Below are positions 18,088 to 26,662 of a stretch of DNA of 32,000 nt, piece by piece. The translations under genes were made by a program, and so were the position numbers. Every line of letters starts with the position of its first letter. Position 1 is the stretch's first letter. The DNA is from Thermoproteus tenax Kra 1 (GTDB lineage Archaea; Thermoproteota; Thermoprotei; Thermoproteales; Thermoproteaceae): the NCBI RefSeq assembly GCF_000253055.1, contig NC_016070.1:1-32000 (forward strand). The letters are read 5' to 3'. The notes under the pieces were generated by a model. That model was not told the DNA's origin. It was given only the letters and a program-made list of their open reading frames with translations, and did no database searches.

Positions 18088-20286
18088 ATGAAGCGAGCTC
18101 TCGCGCTTGCGATGTTGCTCGCCGCCTTTATCGCCGCTCAGCCGCTCCAGGCGCCGACTCAGGGCTATTACTATAACGTCACTGTGGCTCATGCGCCGGC
18201 CTACATAGTCTTCGTCAGCAATCAGCTCTTGAACTATTCAGTCTGGTGGATGACCTACAGCAACTGCCAGAGACTCCTCAGCACGGGCTTTGCGCCCTCG
18301 TTGGGTATCTACACAATACCGAGACTGGGCTTGTTGCCACTCGTGATAAATCAGCCGGGGCAATACTGCTACGTGCTTGAGGTGCCTTGCAGATATGAGG
18401 CAGAGGCGCACCCGGTGACGATATTGCTCTCGGAGCACTACTACGGTCTCCCCACCGGCATCGTCTCCTATCCCCAGAGCCCAGTAGAGACCAACGCAGT
18501 TGCCGGATTCTTCAACATAACGGATATATCGGCCGCCAGCTATGCAACGCTTCAGCTCAGCGTTATAGTTCAAGCGGATCTAGTCGGAGGGGGCGTACAA
18601 TACTACTGGGCGCGTGAGATGTTGGTCTTCTCGCCCAACGGACAGCTCAAGTTTGAGAACTACGTGGCTAACTCCTCATCGCCCGGCAGCTCGATGCAGA
18701 GCGTCTCGGGCCGGGGACATCTGTCGCTCTCCCGCTACCTCTACTCCTCGGAGTGGAGCCCCTACTCTCTGCCGATCTCAGGCTTCCTCCTCATAACAGC
18801 CGAGGCGGCCAAGGGGGTCGTCCTCATAAGCTTTGGCTACGTCCTTATCCAAAACGGCAGCCTGGAGCCCGTCCGCATCGTTTGGATAGACAACGTAACT
18901 ATAAGGACCTCACAGCCAGCTTCCTCCGCCTCTATAGCGGCCACTATAACGTACTCATCCAGCGGGTTTAACGCGTTAGATGCCGAGTTGGTCTTCGGAG
19001 GATACAATGGCTCAGTTGTTTCATTTAAGTCGGTCAGCGCCGAGTTGGGCCTCTTTTATTGGGACGGAGCAGGTTGGACTGCGTTTCCCAACCTCTATAA
19101 TTTCGGCGTAAACGTGCCCGAGGCCGCATCAAACTTAGCTGTTCAATACTATGGCGGCCTTGCCCATGTGGGCGTGGGCGCCCTCAGCCCGAGCAGTCTG
19201 ACTACGTCGCCAACTACGCCGCCCCTGCCGACCACCTCTGTAGAGTACATCAACGCCACATCGGGATCTACGCACATCAGTTACATAATGGGGGATGGGT
19301 GGTTCCTCAATCGGATGGTCGTGTTTTACCCAGTCTCTATAACAAGCCCCATACCCATCTACGTCAACGGCACCGAGACTACGTCGTACTCGGCCTATCT
19401 CCCCGCCGGCGCGGCCCTAGTGATCCAGGACGGCTACGCGCGCTACTCCAACGGCACTATGTTCGTCCCCTCTGTCGGCAACGAGACGATAGTGGTGGAG
19501 GGCGCTCTGAACATCGCCGTCAGCTGGACGCCGTACTACCTAGTGGAGGTCTACAGCCCTCTGCCGGTCTTTGTGAACGGGACCGCCGCCACGAGGTACG
19601 CGCAGTACGTGAGGGCGGGCTCGGCGCTGGCCTTGGGCGCGCCCCAGCGCGTTGTGTTCGACAACGGCACTATGTTTGTGCCGGCTGTGGGCAACGAGAC
19701 GGTGGTGGTCTCCGCGCCGGCGAGGCTGGCCGTGTCTTGGACCCCCTACTACCTAGTGAGAGTGAGCTCTCCGATCCCAGTTGAAGTAAATGGCACTGAA
19801 AGCGAGAACTACACTGAGTGGGTGAAGGCCGCCAGCTTGCTCGTGGTTACGGCCAGGGCATTTATCCTCGACAACGGCACTATGTTTACTCCGGGCTTCA
19901 ACGGCACTCTGAGAGTAATGAGTCCGCTGAACTTAAGCATTGTATGGACGCCGTGGTATAAAGTGGACGTGCACAGCGAGTACCCCATCGAGGTTGACGG
20001 CGCCAGTGTCCTTAACTTCAGCCGCTATCTACGCGCCGGCTCTGTGGTGACAATATCGGCGAGGCCAGTGCCCCTCTATGGAGGCCTCGTATGGCTCGAC
20101 CCAAACGTCACCTCTCTCAGTACTTCAGTCCGACGACCTCTCCAGATAAATGTGGGCTACACGCCCGATTACACTGTAGCCATCTCAGTGGTAGTCTTAG
20201 TCCTATCTGCTGCCCTGTCGGCCGGGCTAGGAGTGTATTACGTCAAGAGGCGCTCACAACGTCTTTATCTCGAAGGGGGGCTCTGA
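18088..20286 (+). CDS. Thermopsin-like (peptidase A5) secreted protein with C-terminal tandem repeats and TM anchor
   Basis: Signal peptide; QYYWAREMLVF, SPYSLPISGFLLI, LDAELVFGGYNGS, LGLFYWDGAGWTAFPNLYNFGVNVPEAASNLAV match thermopsin-family patterns; then about 4 repeats of V..SPxPxxVNG...WTPYY; C-terminal TM. Confidence 0.75.
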   Translation: MKRALALAMLLAAFIAAQPLQAPTQGYYYNVTVAHAPAYIVFVSNQLLNYSVWWMTYSNCQRLLSTGFAPSLGIYTIPRLGLLPLVINQPGQYCYVLEVPCRYEAEAHPVTILLSEHYYGLPTGIVSYPQSPVETNAVAGFFNITDISAASYATLQLSVIVQADLVGGGVQYYWAREMLVFSPNGQLKFENYVANSSSPGSSMQSVSGRGHLSLSRYLYSSEWSPYSLPISGFLLITAEAAKGVVLISFGYVLIQNGSLEPVRIVWIDNVTIRTSQPASSASIAATITYSSSGFNALDAELVFGGYNGSVVSFKSVSAELGLFYWDGAGWTAFPNLYNFGVNVPEAASNLAVQYYGGLAHVGVGALSPSSLTTSPTTPPLPTTSVEYINATSGSTHISYIMGDGWFLNRMVVFYPVSITSPIPIYVNGTETTSYSAYLPAGAALVIQDGYARYSNGTMFVPSVGNETIVVEGALNIAVSWTPYYLVEVYSPLPVFVNGTAATRYAQYVRAGSALALGAPQRVVFDNGTMFVPAVGNETVVVSAPARLAVSWTPYYLVRVSSPIPVEVNGTESENYTEWVKAASLLVVTARAFILDNGTMFTPGFNGTLRVMSPLNLSIVWTPWYKVDVHSEYPIEVDGASVLNFSRYLRAGSVVTISARPVPLYGGLVWLDPNVTSLSTSVRRPLQINVGYTPDYTVAISVVVLVLSAALSAGLGVYYVKRRSQRLYLEGGL
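19310..20180 (+). repeat. Four diverged about 70-aa tandem repeats within the thermopsin-like protein
   Basis: Units share SPxPxxVNGT, NGTMFxPxxGNxT and SWTPYYxVxV; e.g. ...VEVYSPLPVFVNGTAATRYAQYVRAGSALALG / ...VRVSSPIPVEVNGTESENYTEWVKAASLLVV. Confidence 0.8.
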
Positions 20287-20583
20287 GCCATTGAAAACCC
20301 TCCTTAATACCTCCATCACCGCATCGTCGGCCAGCTCGGGCTCCACGAGCCTTACATGCGCTAGGTCTATCCCGGCCCGCTCCAGTATGGAGATTACCTC
20401 GGCCGAAATGGTGCCCATGGGGTCTACGCAACCGTCGGCATGTCTCAGCGCAGTTCTTACGGCTCTTGCTACGGCCTCGACCAGCGACCGCGCCGTTAGA
20501 ATGCCTCTATACCTCTCAACATAATCGGCGAGACTCATTAGCGCCCGGCGCCCCTCTGTGTCAATGCAAAATATGTCGACCAT
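20254..20583 (-). CDS. Hypothetical protein
   Basis: MVDIFCIDTEGRRALMSLADYVERYRG... start at 20583 lies about 25 nt downstream of a minus-strand TATA-like TTTTTAAG. Confidence 0.5.
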   Translation of the reverse strand: MVDIFCIDTEGRRALMSLADYVERYRGILTARSLVEAVARAVRTALRHADGCVDPMGTISAEVISILERAGIDLAHVRLVEPELADDAVMEVLRRVFNGSEPPFEIKTL

Positions 20584-20656
20584 AATATCATAAACCGAGC
20601 TACGCTTAAAAAGGTTTAATGGAACTTCCCTTAAATACTCCTTGCCCGGGCCCATT

Positions 20657-21334
20657 ATGCCCGAGTTCAGAATCTTGGGGAGCGATATTCAGCACCTCTT
20701 AGTGACGTTAGGCCCTGGCGAGAGGATCTACGCTGAAGGGGGCCATTTGATATGGAAGAGCTCTACGGCGAGGCTCAATGCGACCGTCAGAGGAGGTCTC
20801 TTGGCGGGCCTCAAGAGGGCGTTGACGGGCGCCTCCTTCTTTGTGTTAGAGGTAGAGGGCCCCGGCCAAGTGGATCTCGCCGGTTTTGCCCCAGGAAAAA
20901 TAGTGGAAATAGAGCTCCACGGGAGCTCTATTCTAGCTGAGCACAGAAGCTTTCTGGCCGCTGAGGACATCGTGGAGTACGACGCCAGCTTGGTCGGCTT
21001 GGGCTTCGGCTGGTTGGGAGGAGAGGGGTTGTTGATGGCCCGCTTTAGAGGCAACGGGAGAGTCTTCCTCCACGCGGTGGGCGATGCGCTGGAGCTTAGA
21101 CTGGGCTCCGGCGAGGCAATAGATGCCGAGGCCGGCCACGTATTAGCCTTTGAGGAGGGCGTGAGGGCGACTGTGAGGAGGGTCGGAGGACTCAAGACCA
21201 TGTTGTTCGGCGAGGAGGGGCTCTGGTTCGCGCATCTGGAGGGCCCAGGCAGAGTGTGGCTCAGAACTCTGAGCAGAGGGCAGATCTTGATGGGGCTGAT
21301 GCCCGAGCTCGCGCGGCTGGCGAGGTCTGTGTAG
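20657..21334 (+). CDS. AIM24 family protein (TIGR00266-like)
   Basis: GERIYAEGGHLIWKSS, GGLLAGLKRALTGASFFVLEVEGPGQVDLAGFAPGKI, GFGWLGGEGLLMARFRGNGRVFL; TATA-like TTAAATA at about 20633 supports ATG 20657. Confidence 0.8.
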   Translation: MPEFRILGSDIQHLLVTLGPGERIYAEGGHLIWKSSTARLNATVRGGLLAGLKRALTGASFFVLEVEGPGQVDLAGFAPGKIVEIELHGSSILAEHRSFLAAEDIVEYDASLVGLGFGWLGGEGLLMARFRGNGRVFLHAVGDALELRLGSGEAIDAEAGHVLAFEEGVRATVRRVGGLKTMLFGEEGLWFAHLEGPGRVWLRTLSRGQILMGLMPELARLARSV

Positions 21335-21480
21335 CCCCCAGCCTGGCTTTAGCATCCTGTCTGTCCCTAGACGTCCACCGCTGATTGCAGCCGGCCGCTC
21401 GCGCCCAGGCGCTTCCTCCTCGCCCGCGCCTTCTCCGACAGCCCGGCTGTCTCCGGCGCGGGGCCATCGGGCATGGGGGC
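21334..21480 (-). ncRNA. Candidate structured RNA with RNase P-like topology
   Basis: Terminal stem GCCCCCAuGCC/GGCUGGGGGC; hairpin CCCGCGCC-GGA-GACAGC/GCUGUC-GGAGAA-GGCGCGGG; GAGGAGGAAGCGCCUG paired over distance with ACAGACAGGAUGCU; upstream TATA-like CTTAAAC about 80 nt away; no ORF on this stretch looks coding. Confidence 0.35.
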
Positions 21481-21639
21481 AACGGCCCTTTTCCAGAGGC
21501 AGGCCCGATCGGGCCGCTCGTGGGACGCCGCCCCTCGCCGCTGTAGATACACGCGTTTAAGCCCTCCGCCTGCGCCAGAACAGAATTTTCTCAACGATCA
21601 GTATGAAATAGCCCAACTTGCAGAGCGCCGTGCCTCAGC

Positions 21640-22446
21640 CTATTTTCGGCCAGAGAGCTTGCTCCTAAACCAACGATCAACGTAGATCTTCGTCAGTGGA
21701 TACAGAGGCCTCGCAAGCGCCCCAAAGAGCTTGTAGGCGAGGCCGGTCACTATATCGCCGTTAAATTCTGGGTCGTCTATCGCTCTAGCTATGTCTTTCG
21801 CCACGGCGCGTGGATCTAGTACGGGCCCCCGCGGCCCCTCCCTCTGCTTCGCCGCGCTCGGAGCCACGATGGTATTCTTGTGGAAGTTCGTCTGTACATA
21901 GCCCGGGTATACGCCTATCACTCTGACTCCGATTGGCTTAAGCTCGATCCTTAGCGCGTCGGTGAAATTGGCCAGAGCTGCCTTTGTAGACGTATAGATG
22001 CCGAACCACGGGATCGGGGTGTGGGCAGCCAGACTGACAACGTTTACGATGCACCCGCGTGCTTCCACGAGCTTTGGGAGCAGCTTCTTAGTGAGCAGTA
22101 TAGGCGCTACAAAGTTAAGGGTTATAATCGACACGACGTCTCGATCTTGTAGCTCTTGGAGCGGGCCATACAAGCCTGCGCCCGCATTGTTCACGAGCGC
22201 ATAGACGCGCGGGGTCGTCCTCTCGACGTCGCGCGCCAGGGCGTCCACCTCCTCGAGTTGCGAGAGGTCTCTCGCGAAGTATCTCACCTCGATATTATAT
22301 TTGGAGGAGAGCTCGCTAGACAGCTCCCCTAGGGCATCGGCTCTTCTGGCCACCAGTATGAGGTCGTACGATTTAGCCGCAAGCTCCTCCGCCAGAGCCC
22401 TCCCTATGCCTGATGAGGCGCCTGTTATGAGGGCGGTCTTGTTCAT
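21640..22446 (-). CDS. SDR family oxidoreductase
   Basis: TALITGASSGIGRALAEELA, NNAGAGLYGPL, YTSTKAALANFTDALRIEL. Confidence 0.95.
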   Translation of the reverse strand: MNKTALITGASSGIGRALAEELAAKSYDLILVARRADALGELSSELSSKYNIEVRYFARDLSQLEEVDALARDVERTTPRVYALVNNAGAGLYGPLQELQDRDVVSIITLNFVAPILLTKKLLPKLVEARGCIVNVVSLAAHTPIPWFGIYTSTKAALANFTDALRIELKPIGVRVIGVYPGYVQTNFHKNTIVAPSAAKQREGPRGPVLDPRAVAKDIARAIDDPEFNGDIVTGLAYKLFGALARPLYPLTKIYVDRWFRSKLSGRK

Positions 22447-22459
22447 GCGCCCCCTTTCA

Positions 22460-22605
22460 AAGAGCGGTGCCCTGGCCCTCCCCCGGGGGCAAGGTTTGGC
22501 CCGCCTCCGCCGGACGCCGCGAGGGCGGGGCGGAGGGGGCCCGCCGTGCCCCGGCGCACGGGCGCGGCTGATCGGCCGTGCCCCCAGGGCCGGGGAATTT
22601 GGCTC
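22460..22605. ncRNA. GC-rich structured RNA candidate
   Basis: Helix GGCCCT/AGGGCC plus GGGGGCA/TGCCCCC; inner helix GGCCCgCCTCCGCC/GGCGGAGGGGGCC; hairpin CCGTGC/GCACGG; flanked by TATA-like ttaaaag at about 22628; strand unresolved. Confidence 0.35.
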
Positions 22606-22641
22606 ATGGGAGAAGAAAACTGAGAGGTTAAAAGTGTGATA

Positions 22642-22856
22642 GTCGCCGGGACGGAGGAAAAAACGGGTTAGCGACAGGAACTCATACTTGGAAGCCGCCC
22701 TCGCGGCCTGACGACGATAGTGTAGAGAATCTGCATCGGCGCGGTGCCCCTCCTGCGGCTTTGCGGCGGACAGAGGCGACGTGCCCGCGGCATGGGCCGA
22801 AAGGCGCTACTGGGAGGTCCTCCAGAGGGCGAGACAATAGTTTTTTCTCAACGGCG
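22642..22856 (+). ncRNA. Second candidate non-coding transcript
   Basis: GGTTAAAAG TATA-like sequence at 22625-22633, GTCGCC/GGCGAC pairing, GCCGC-cctc-GCGGC and GCC-GAAA-GGC hairpins, ends at T6 run 22851-22856; no convincing ORF. Confidence 0.3.
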
Positions 22857-23083
22857 GCCGTTACACTTAAGCTCGTAAATTCATTTGGGAATCCAATCCC
22901 CAATCTTGGGGACGTGGTCGTCTTGCGACAAACGATTGTGCCCCATACGCACGGGCACGGCCGGCCCCCTTGCCCTGGGGTTGCCCCGTGCGACTCCGGG
23001 GCGGGCCCGGAGTCTCCGGTGAGGACCGGGCATCGCCAACGGGTTGCGCGACAGACCAAATATAAAAACGGTTAATATGGAAC

Positions 23084-23917
23084 GTGGCGCCTAGGGAGCT
23101 CAAGGGCTATCTCGCCATGATCGGCGTGTTAGTGGCGTGGGGATCTTCTTACTCTATAAGCAAGATCGCCCTAGCCTTTATGTCCCCTCTGGTCCTCTCT
23201 CTATTTCGCTTCTTGACTGGGGCGGTCTTCTTCTCAGCGGCTGGGAAAGGGCTTCTCTGGAGCCGAGACGCCGTAATAAACGCCTTGCTCAACGGCGCTT
23301 TATTCGTAGTCTTGATAAACATAGCCATTGAGCTGAGCAAGAACCCAGCCTTTGTCTCAATCTTAGTCTACACCCAGCCTATATTTGTAATACTGCTCTC
23401 GGCCGTCGTGTATAGGGAGCCGCTCAAGCCCCTCCAGATAGTGGGCGCGGCCCTCGCCTTCTCCGGCTTGCTAATCGCCGTAGGCGCATCGTCCTTCGAC
23501 TTGGGCGATGCGGTAGCCATCTTGGGGGCGTTTATATGGGCGTTGGGCACTCACTTTTACCGAAGACGTCTACTTAGAGCGGACCTCTTGAGGCTCAACG
23601 CGACCATGGGGCTTGTCTCCGCAGCCGTAATCTCGCCGGTAGTTGTCGTTGATCTGCACATAGAGCCGTCGCTTCAAGCTCTGGCGTGGGGCATCGGGGC
23701 ATCCCTTATCTCGCAAATAGTCGGCTTTCTATTGTGGTTCGTAGGGGTCAGAGAGCTGGGGCCTGTCAAGGCCAGCTCTATCTCTATACTTGTACCGGTC
23801 TCTGCGTTTCTCTTCGCGTTTCTATTACTAGGCGAGATTCCAACTTGGTCGGAGATGGCCGGCTCTGCGGTGGCCCTCCTAGGCGTTATGTTGGCGCAAC
23901 TGGCATCAATGATATAA
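23084..23917 (+). CDS. EamA/DMT superfamily transporter
   Basis: 10-TM protein, GVLVAWGSSYSISKIAL...LSLFRFLTGA; second half PVSAFLFAFLLLGEIPTWSEMAGSAVALLGVMLA. Confidence 0.88.
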   Translation: MAPRELKGYLAMIGVLVAWGSSYSISKIALAFMSPLVLSLFRFLTGAVFFSAAGKGLLWSRDAVINALLNGALFVVLINIAIELSKNPAFVSILVYTQPIFVILLSAVVYREPLKPLQIVGAALAFSGLLIAVGASSFDLGDAVAILGAFIWALGTHFYRRRLLRADLLRLNATMGLVSAAVISPVVVVDLHIEPSLQALAWGIGASLISQIVGFLLWFVGVRELGPVKASSISILVPVSAFLFAFLLLGEIPTWSEMAGSAVALLGVMLAQLASMI

Positions 23918-23937
23918 ATTCAACGCAACGCTGGCTT

Positions 23938-25143
23938 GTGAGGAGGTTGTCCACCACGTATCTGCCGGTCTTAGTCGCACGCATAGGCTCCGGAGGCGGA
24001 GCCGCGGTGACCTCGTTTCTGTTTCCGGGGCAAGAGATAGCCGTGGGCGCCATACTCGCTGTATATCCTCTGCTGGAGGCGCTGGGCTCGTTCGCCGCTG
24101 GCCGTTTCGCCGATAGGTTCGGTAGAAGGCCCTCGATGATATTCGGCTATTTCGGCAGACTCGCTCTGACCATATTGATGTACTTGGCCCTAGCCTTGGG
24201 CGCAGGCCCTCTGATAGTCGGCGTGATAAACGGACTTATGGGGCTCGTCACGTCGTTCATTCTAGTGTCTTCGCTGGCTATGATCACAGATCTAACCGAG
24301 GTCTCCAACAGAGGTCTCGGCATGGGCGCCTTTGAGCTAGCCAACCTGGGCGGATACGCAGTGGGGTACATAATTGGGGCGGGCCTATTTCAAGCGCTGG
24401 GCGGTCCCGGCTCTTTCGCGGCACTAGCCGTTATGACAGCAGCCGCTTCGCCCATAGTCCTCGTCATGGGAGAAACTGTGCCTGCCAAAGGTGTCGCCAT
24501 ACCTCTGAATCCATTCAGAGGTCTCCCTCCCTCCACGTGGCCGGCGCTCCCTCTGTGGTTCGCCTTGACCGTGTTTATAGGCATGGGGATATACTCAGGT
24601 AGGGCTATAGCGAGCGTGCTATCTTCCGACTCTAGGCTCGCCCATCTGCAAGCCGGGGCGCTCCTCTCGGGCGCTCTCATCGTAGTGGGTCTCGGCGCTG
24701 TTATGTTCGGCAGACTGGCTGACCGATGGGGGCGCGAGCGGATCCTCAATCTGGGCATTGTCGGAGTTATGTCTGCTTTAGTCGTCCTCGCGGCGCTTCT
24801 ATGGGCGCGGGTCAGCCCTCTGAAGGCAGTCGCTATAGCCTCACCGCTGGTCTTCTTGGCGTCCGCCATAGCTCCCTCTATCTTGGCCATAGTCGGAGAC
24901 CGCGCTGTGGTCTCCATGAGGGGCACCGCCATGGGCCTCTACAGCGTCGTCCTGGGCGTTGGCATGGCCGTGGGTTCTCTGCTCGGCGCATCCTCGGCGT
25001 TAGTCGCCGGCGGGCTCATGGGAATAGTCCTAGCGGCCCTCGGCGTCTTTGCGCTGGCTACGATAGCCCACATCGCCTTGAGATTTATCGCGTTGAGACG
25101 TAACGAGAGTATACAGTTGAATTCCCCGCGTAGAGTTCGATGA
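23938..25143 (+). CDS. MFS transporter
   Basis: ALGSFAAGRFADRFGRRPSMIFGYFGR and MFGRLADRWGRERIL MFS motifs; GTG start at 23938 preferred, ORF-track extension overlaps the DMT gene. Confidence 0.88.
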   Translation: MRRLSTTYLPVLVARIGSGGGAAVTSFLFPGQEIAVGAILAVYPLLEALGSFAAGRFADRFGRRPSMIFGYFGRLALTILMYLALALGAGPLIVGVINGLMGLVTSFILVSSLAMITDLTEVSNRGLGMGAFELANLGGYAVGYIIGAGLFQALGGPGSFAALAVMTAAASPIVLVMGETVPAKGVAIPLNPFRGLPPSTWPALPLWFALTVFIGMGIYSGRAIASVLSSDSRLAHLQAGALLSGALIVVGLGAVMFGRLADRWGRERILNLGIVGVMSALVVLAALLWARVSPLKAVAIASPLVFLASAIAPSILAIVGDRAVVSMRGTAMGLYSVVLGVGMAVGSLLGASSALVAGGLMGIVLAALGVFALATIAHIALRFIALRRNESIQLNSPRRVR

Positions 25144-26098
25144 AGTATACTCCAGGTTTCAAGATCTGGCCCGCTGAGGCTGAGGAGCCGTTGATGAGCC
25201 ACCTCCCCTGCGGCGGCGTCAGGACCAGAAGAGTCCCTTGAGACGTCTCATCGAGCCACAGGCTGGGCGCCCAGAGGAGGTCTACTGAGGATCTTCCGGC
25301 GATCTGTACTACGAGACCATCCCCGTCTGCGTACTCGCTTAGGCCGTAGACGGGGCTTACACGCTCCGCTGTGGACGCCTCCAGCGAGCCAGAGTAAGCG
25401 CAAGGAGGCTGATACCAGCTGCCTCCGTAGCGATAGTAAAGCGACGACCAACCCTCCCAGCGCTCTATATATGCCGTATATCCTTCTCTGGGGCCCGCTA
25501 TTACCCACTCTGCGTCCGAGCCAGGGGCTACGTAGATCTTAAGAGGCCCATCTCCGAGCTCCACTGCGTCGTAGACGTGCCATCCGCCGAGATAATAAGA
25601 GAAAACGACCGTGGAGTTCTCAGCGTATATCTCTAGCCCCAGTGTGACGGGGTATGTAATGGGCCCTAGAGTCTCCGAGCTCTGGTAATATGCAATCGTG
25701 CGGCCGTTGTCAAAATACTTTGACGTGATCCCCCGACCTGTTGCCCTTATAGTCTCCAAATCGCTTAAGTTGAACAAATAGTCGGCTACTGTGAGATAGT
25801 ATGTGTTATTTATCTCTGTTATTATGAGGACGTTCTGGGCCCAATACTTGGCGTCGCGAGATATAATGTGGACGTTCAACTGCACTGAGATGGCGTTAGA
25901 TCTGCCCGCGCCTAGGGAGTAGAACTCGGCCTCGTCTATGTGGATGAGCCCCCTCACTGCGTTTGTGGTATAATTATATTGGAAGTAGCCGCACGTGCCG
26001 GCGTCCACTATGCCGACGACGACTGAAGTCGGAGGATCCAGGAGCGCCGCAAGCAAGGGCAGTAGCGCCAGCGCAGCGAGCAACAAGAGGGCGCGCAC
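25085..26098 (-). CDS. Secreted thermopsin-like (A5) protein
   Basis: Signal peptide; VQLNVHIISRDAKYWAQNVLIITEINNTYYLTVADYLFNLSD...YPVTLGLEIYAENSTVVFSYYLGG resembles the thermopsin core. Confidence 0.55.
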   Translation of the reverse strand: MRALLLLAALALLPLLAALLDPPTSVVVGIVDAGTCGYFQYNYTTNAVRGLIHIDEAEFYSLGAGRSNAISVQLNVHIISRDAKYWAQNVLIITEINNTYYLTVADYLFNLSDLETIRATGRGITSKYFDNGRTIAYYQSSETLGPITYPVTLGLEIYAENSTVVFSYYLGGWHVYDAVELGDGPLKIYVAPGSDAEWVIAGPREGYTAYIERWEGWSSLYYRYGGSWYQPPCAYSGSLEASTAERVSPVYGLSEYADGDGLVVQIAGRSSVDLLWAPSLWLDETSQGTLLVLTPPQGRWLINGSSASAGQILKPGVYFIELYAGNSTVYSRYVSTR

Positions 26099-26170
26099 GG
26101 CCTCACTGCCTCTAGGATTAAAATGTGATGAAGCGCAGTTAATAGCTTAAAGAGCCTCATATCTTACGTC

Positions 26171-26506
26171 GTGGACTTCATGTTGGCCAACAACGACGAG
26201 GAGCTTAAGGATGCCGTCTCGAAGTGCCCCATCGCGGTAGTGCTTTTCGTTGGCCGCCAGTGCGCCATATGTGTCAGCTTCGAGAGTATGTTGAGATCTA
26301 TATGTAGAGGATATAGGAATAGGATATGTTGCATTAAGGTGTATTCAGACGCGGCCCTGGCCCACGTTAAGTCGCTCGGCATAAACAGTGTGCCATCATT
26401 GGCGGCCTATGTGCGCGGGAGACTTGTAGCCGTGACCTCCGGCGCGCTCTACGCGCCCACTGTGAACCTCTTCTTGCTATCAGTCGTGCGCTCAGCTGAA
26501 GTATGA
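26171..26506 (+). CDS. Thioredoxin-like protein with CxxC
   Basis: VVLFVGRQCAICVSFESMLR...IKVYSDAALAHVKSLGINSVPSLAAYVRGRLVAVTSG. Confidence 0.75.
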   Translation: MDFMLANNDEELKDAVSKCPIAVVLFVGRQCAICVSFESMLRSICRGYRNRICCIKVYSDAALAHVKSLGINSVPSLAAYVRGRLVAVTSGALYAPTVNLFLLSVVRSAEV

Positions 26507-26565
26507 TTCTATAGAGCTACGCTCTGTTACACATCTGAATCATTTTGTATGCATTATATTATATA

Positions 26566-26630
26566 TATAGTAAAGTATAGTAAAGTAGATTTACTATATA
26601 ACTGACTTTACTATAAAAGATATATAAGCC
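26566..26630 (+). promoter_or_regulatory. Multi-copy operator plus TATA box upstream of hydrogenase operon
   Basis: TATAGTAAAG (26566-26575), TATAGTAAAG (26576-26585), TTTACTATA (26590-26598), CTTTACTATA (26606-26615), then AAAGATATATAAG. Confidence 0.7.
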
Positions 26631-26662
26631 ATAAACTTAAAAACGTCTATTTATTTGGCTAT

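Noticed and set aside
21261-21594. ORFs 21261..21482, 21367..21594 and 21473..21685
   Set aside because: Low-complexity Arg/Ala/Pro translations in a GC-rich intergenic block; not credible proteins.
22642-22780. Considered an RNase P RNA here because of GGAGGAAAAAA and GGACAGAGG
   Set aside because: No P3-like or P4-like pairing could be built around these motifs, unlike the 21334-21480 candidate.
22682-23075. Overlapping ORFs 22682..23059 (-), 22761..23075 (+), 22867..23103 (-)
   Set aside because: Antisense to each other, no secondary-structure or domain pattern; they look like fortuitous ORFs in structured non-coding sequence.
26125-26170. GTGATGA box upstream of the thioredoxin-like gene as a C/D box RNA
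   Set aside because: No C' or D (CUGA) boxes at the required spacing.
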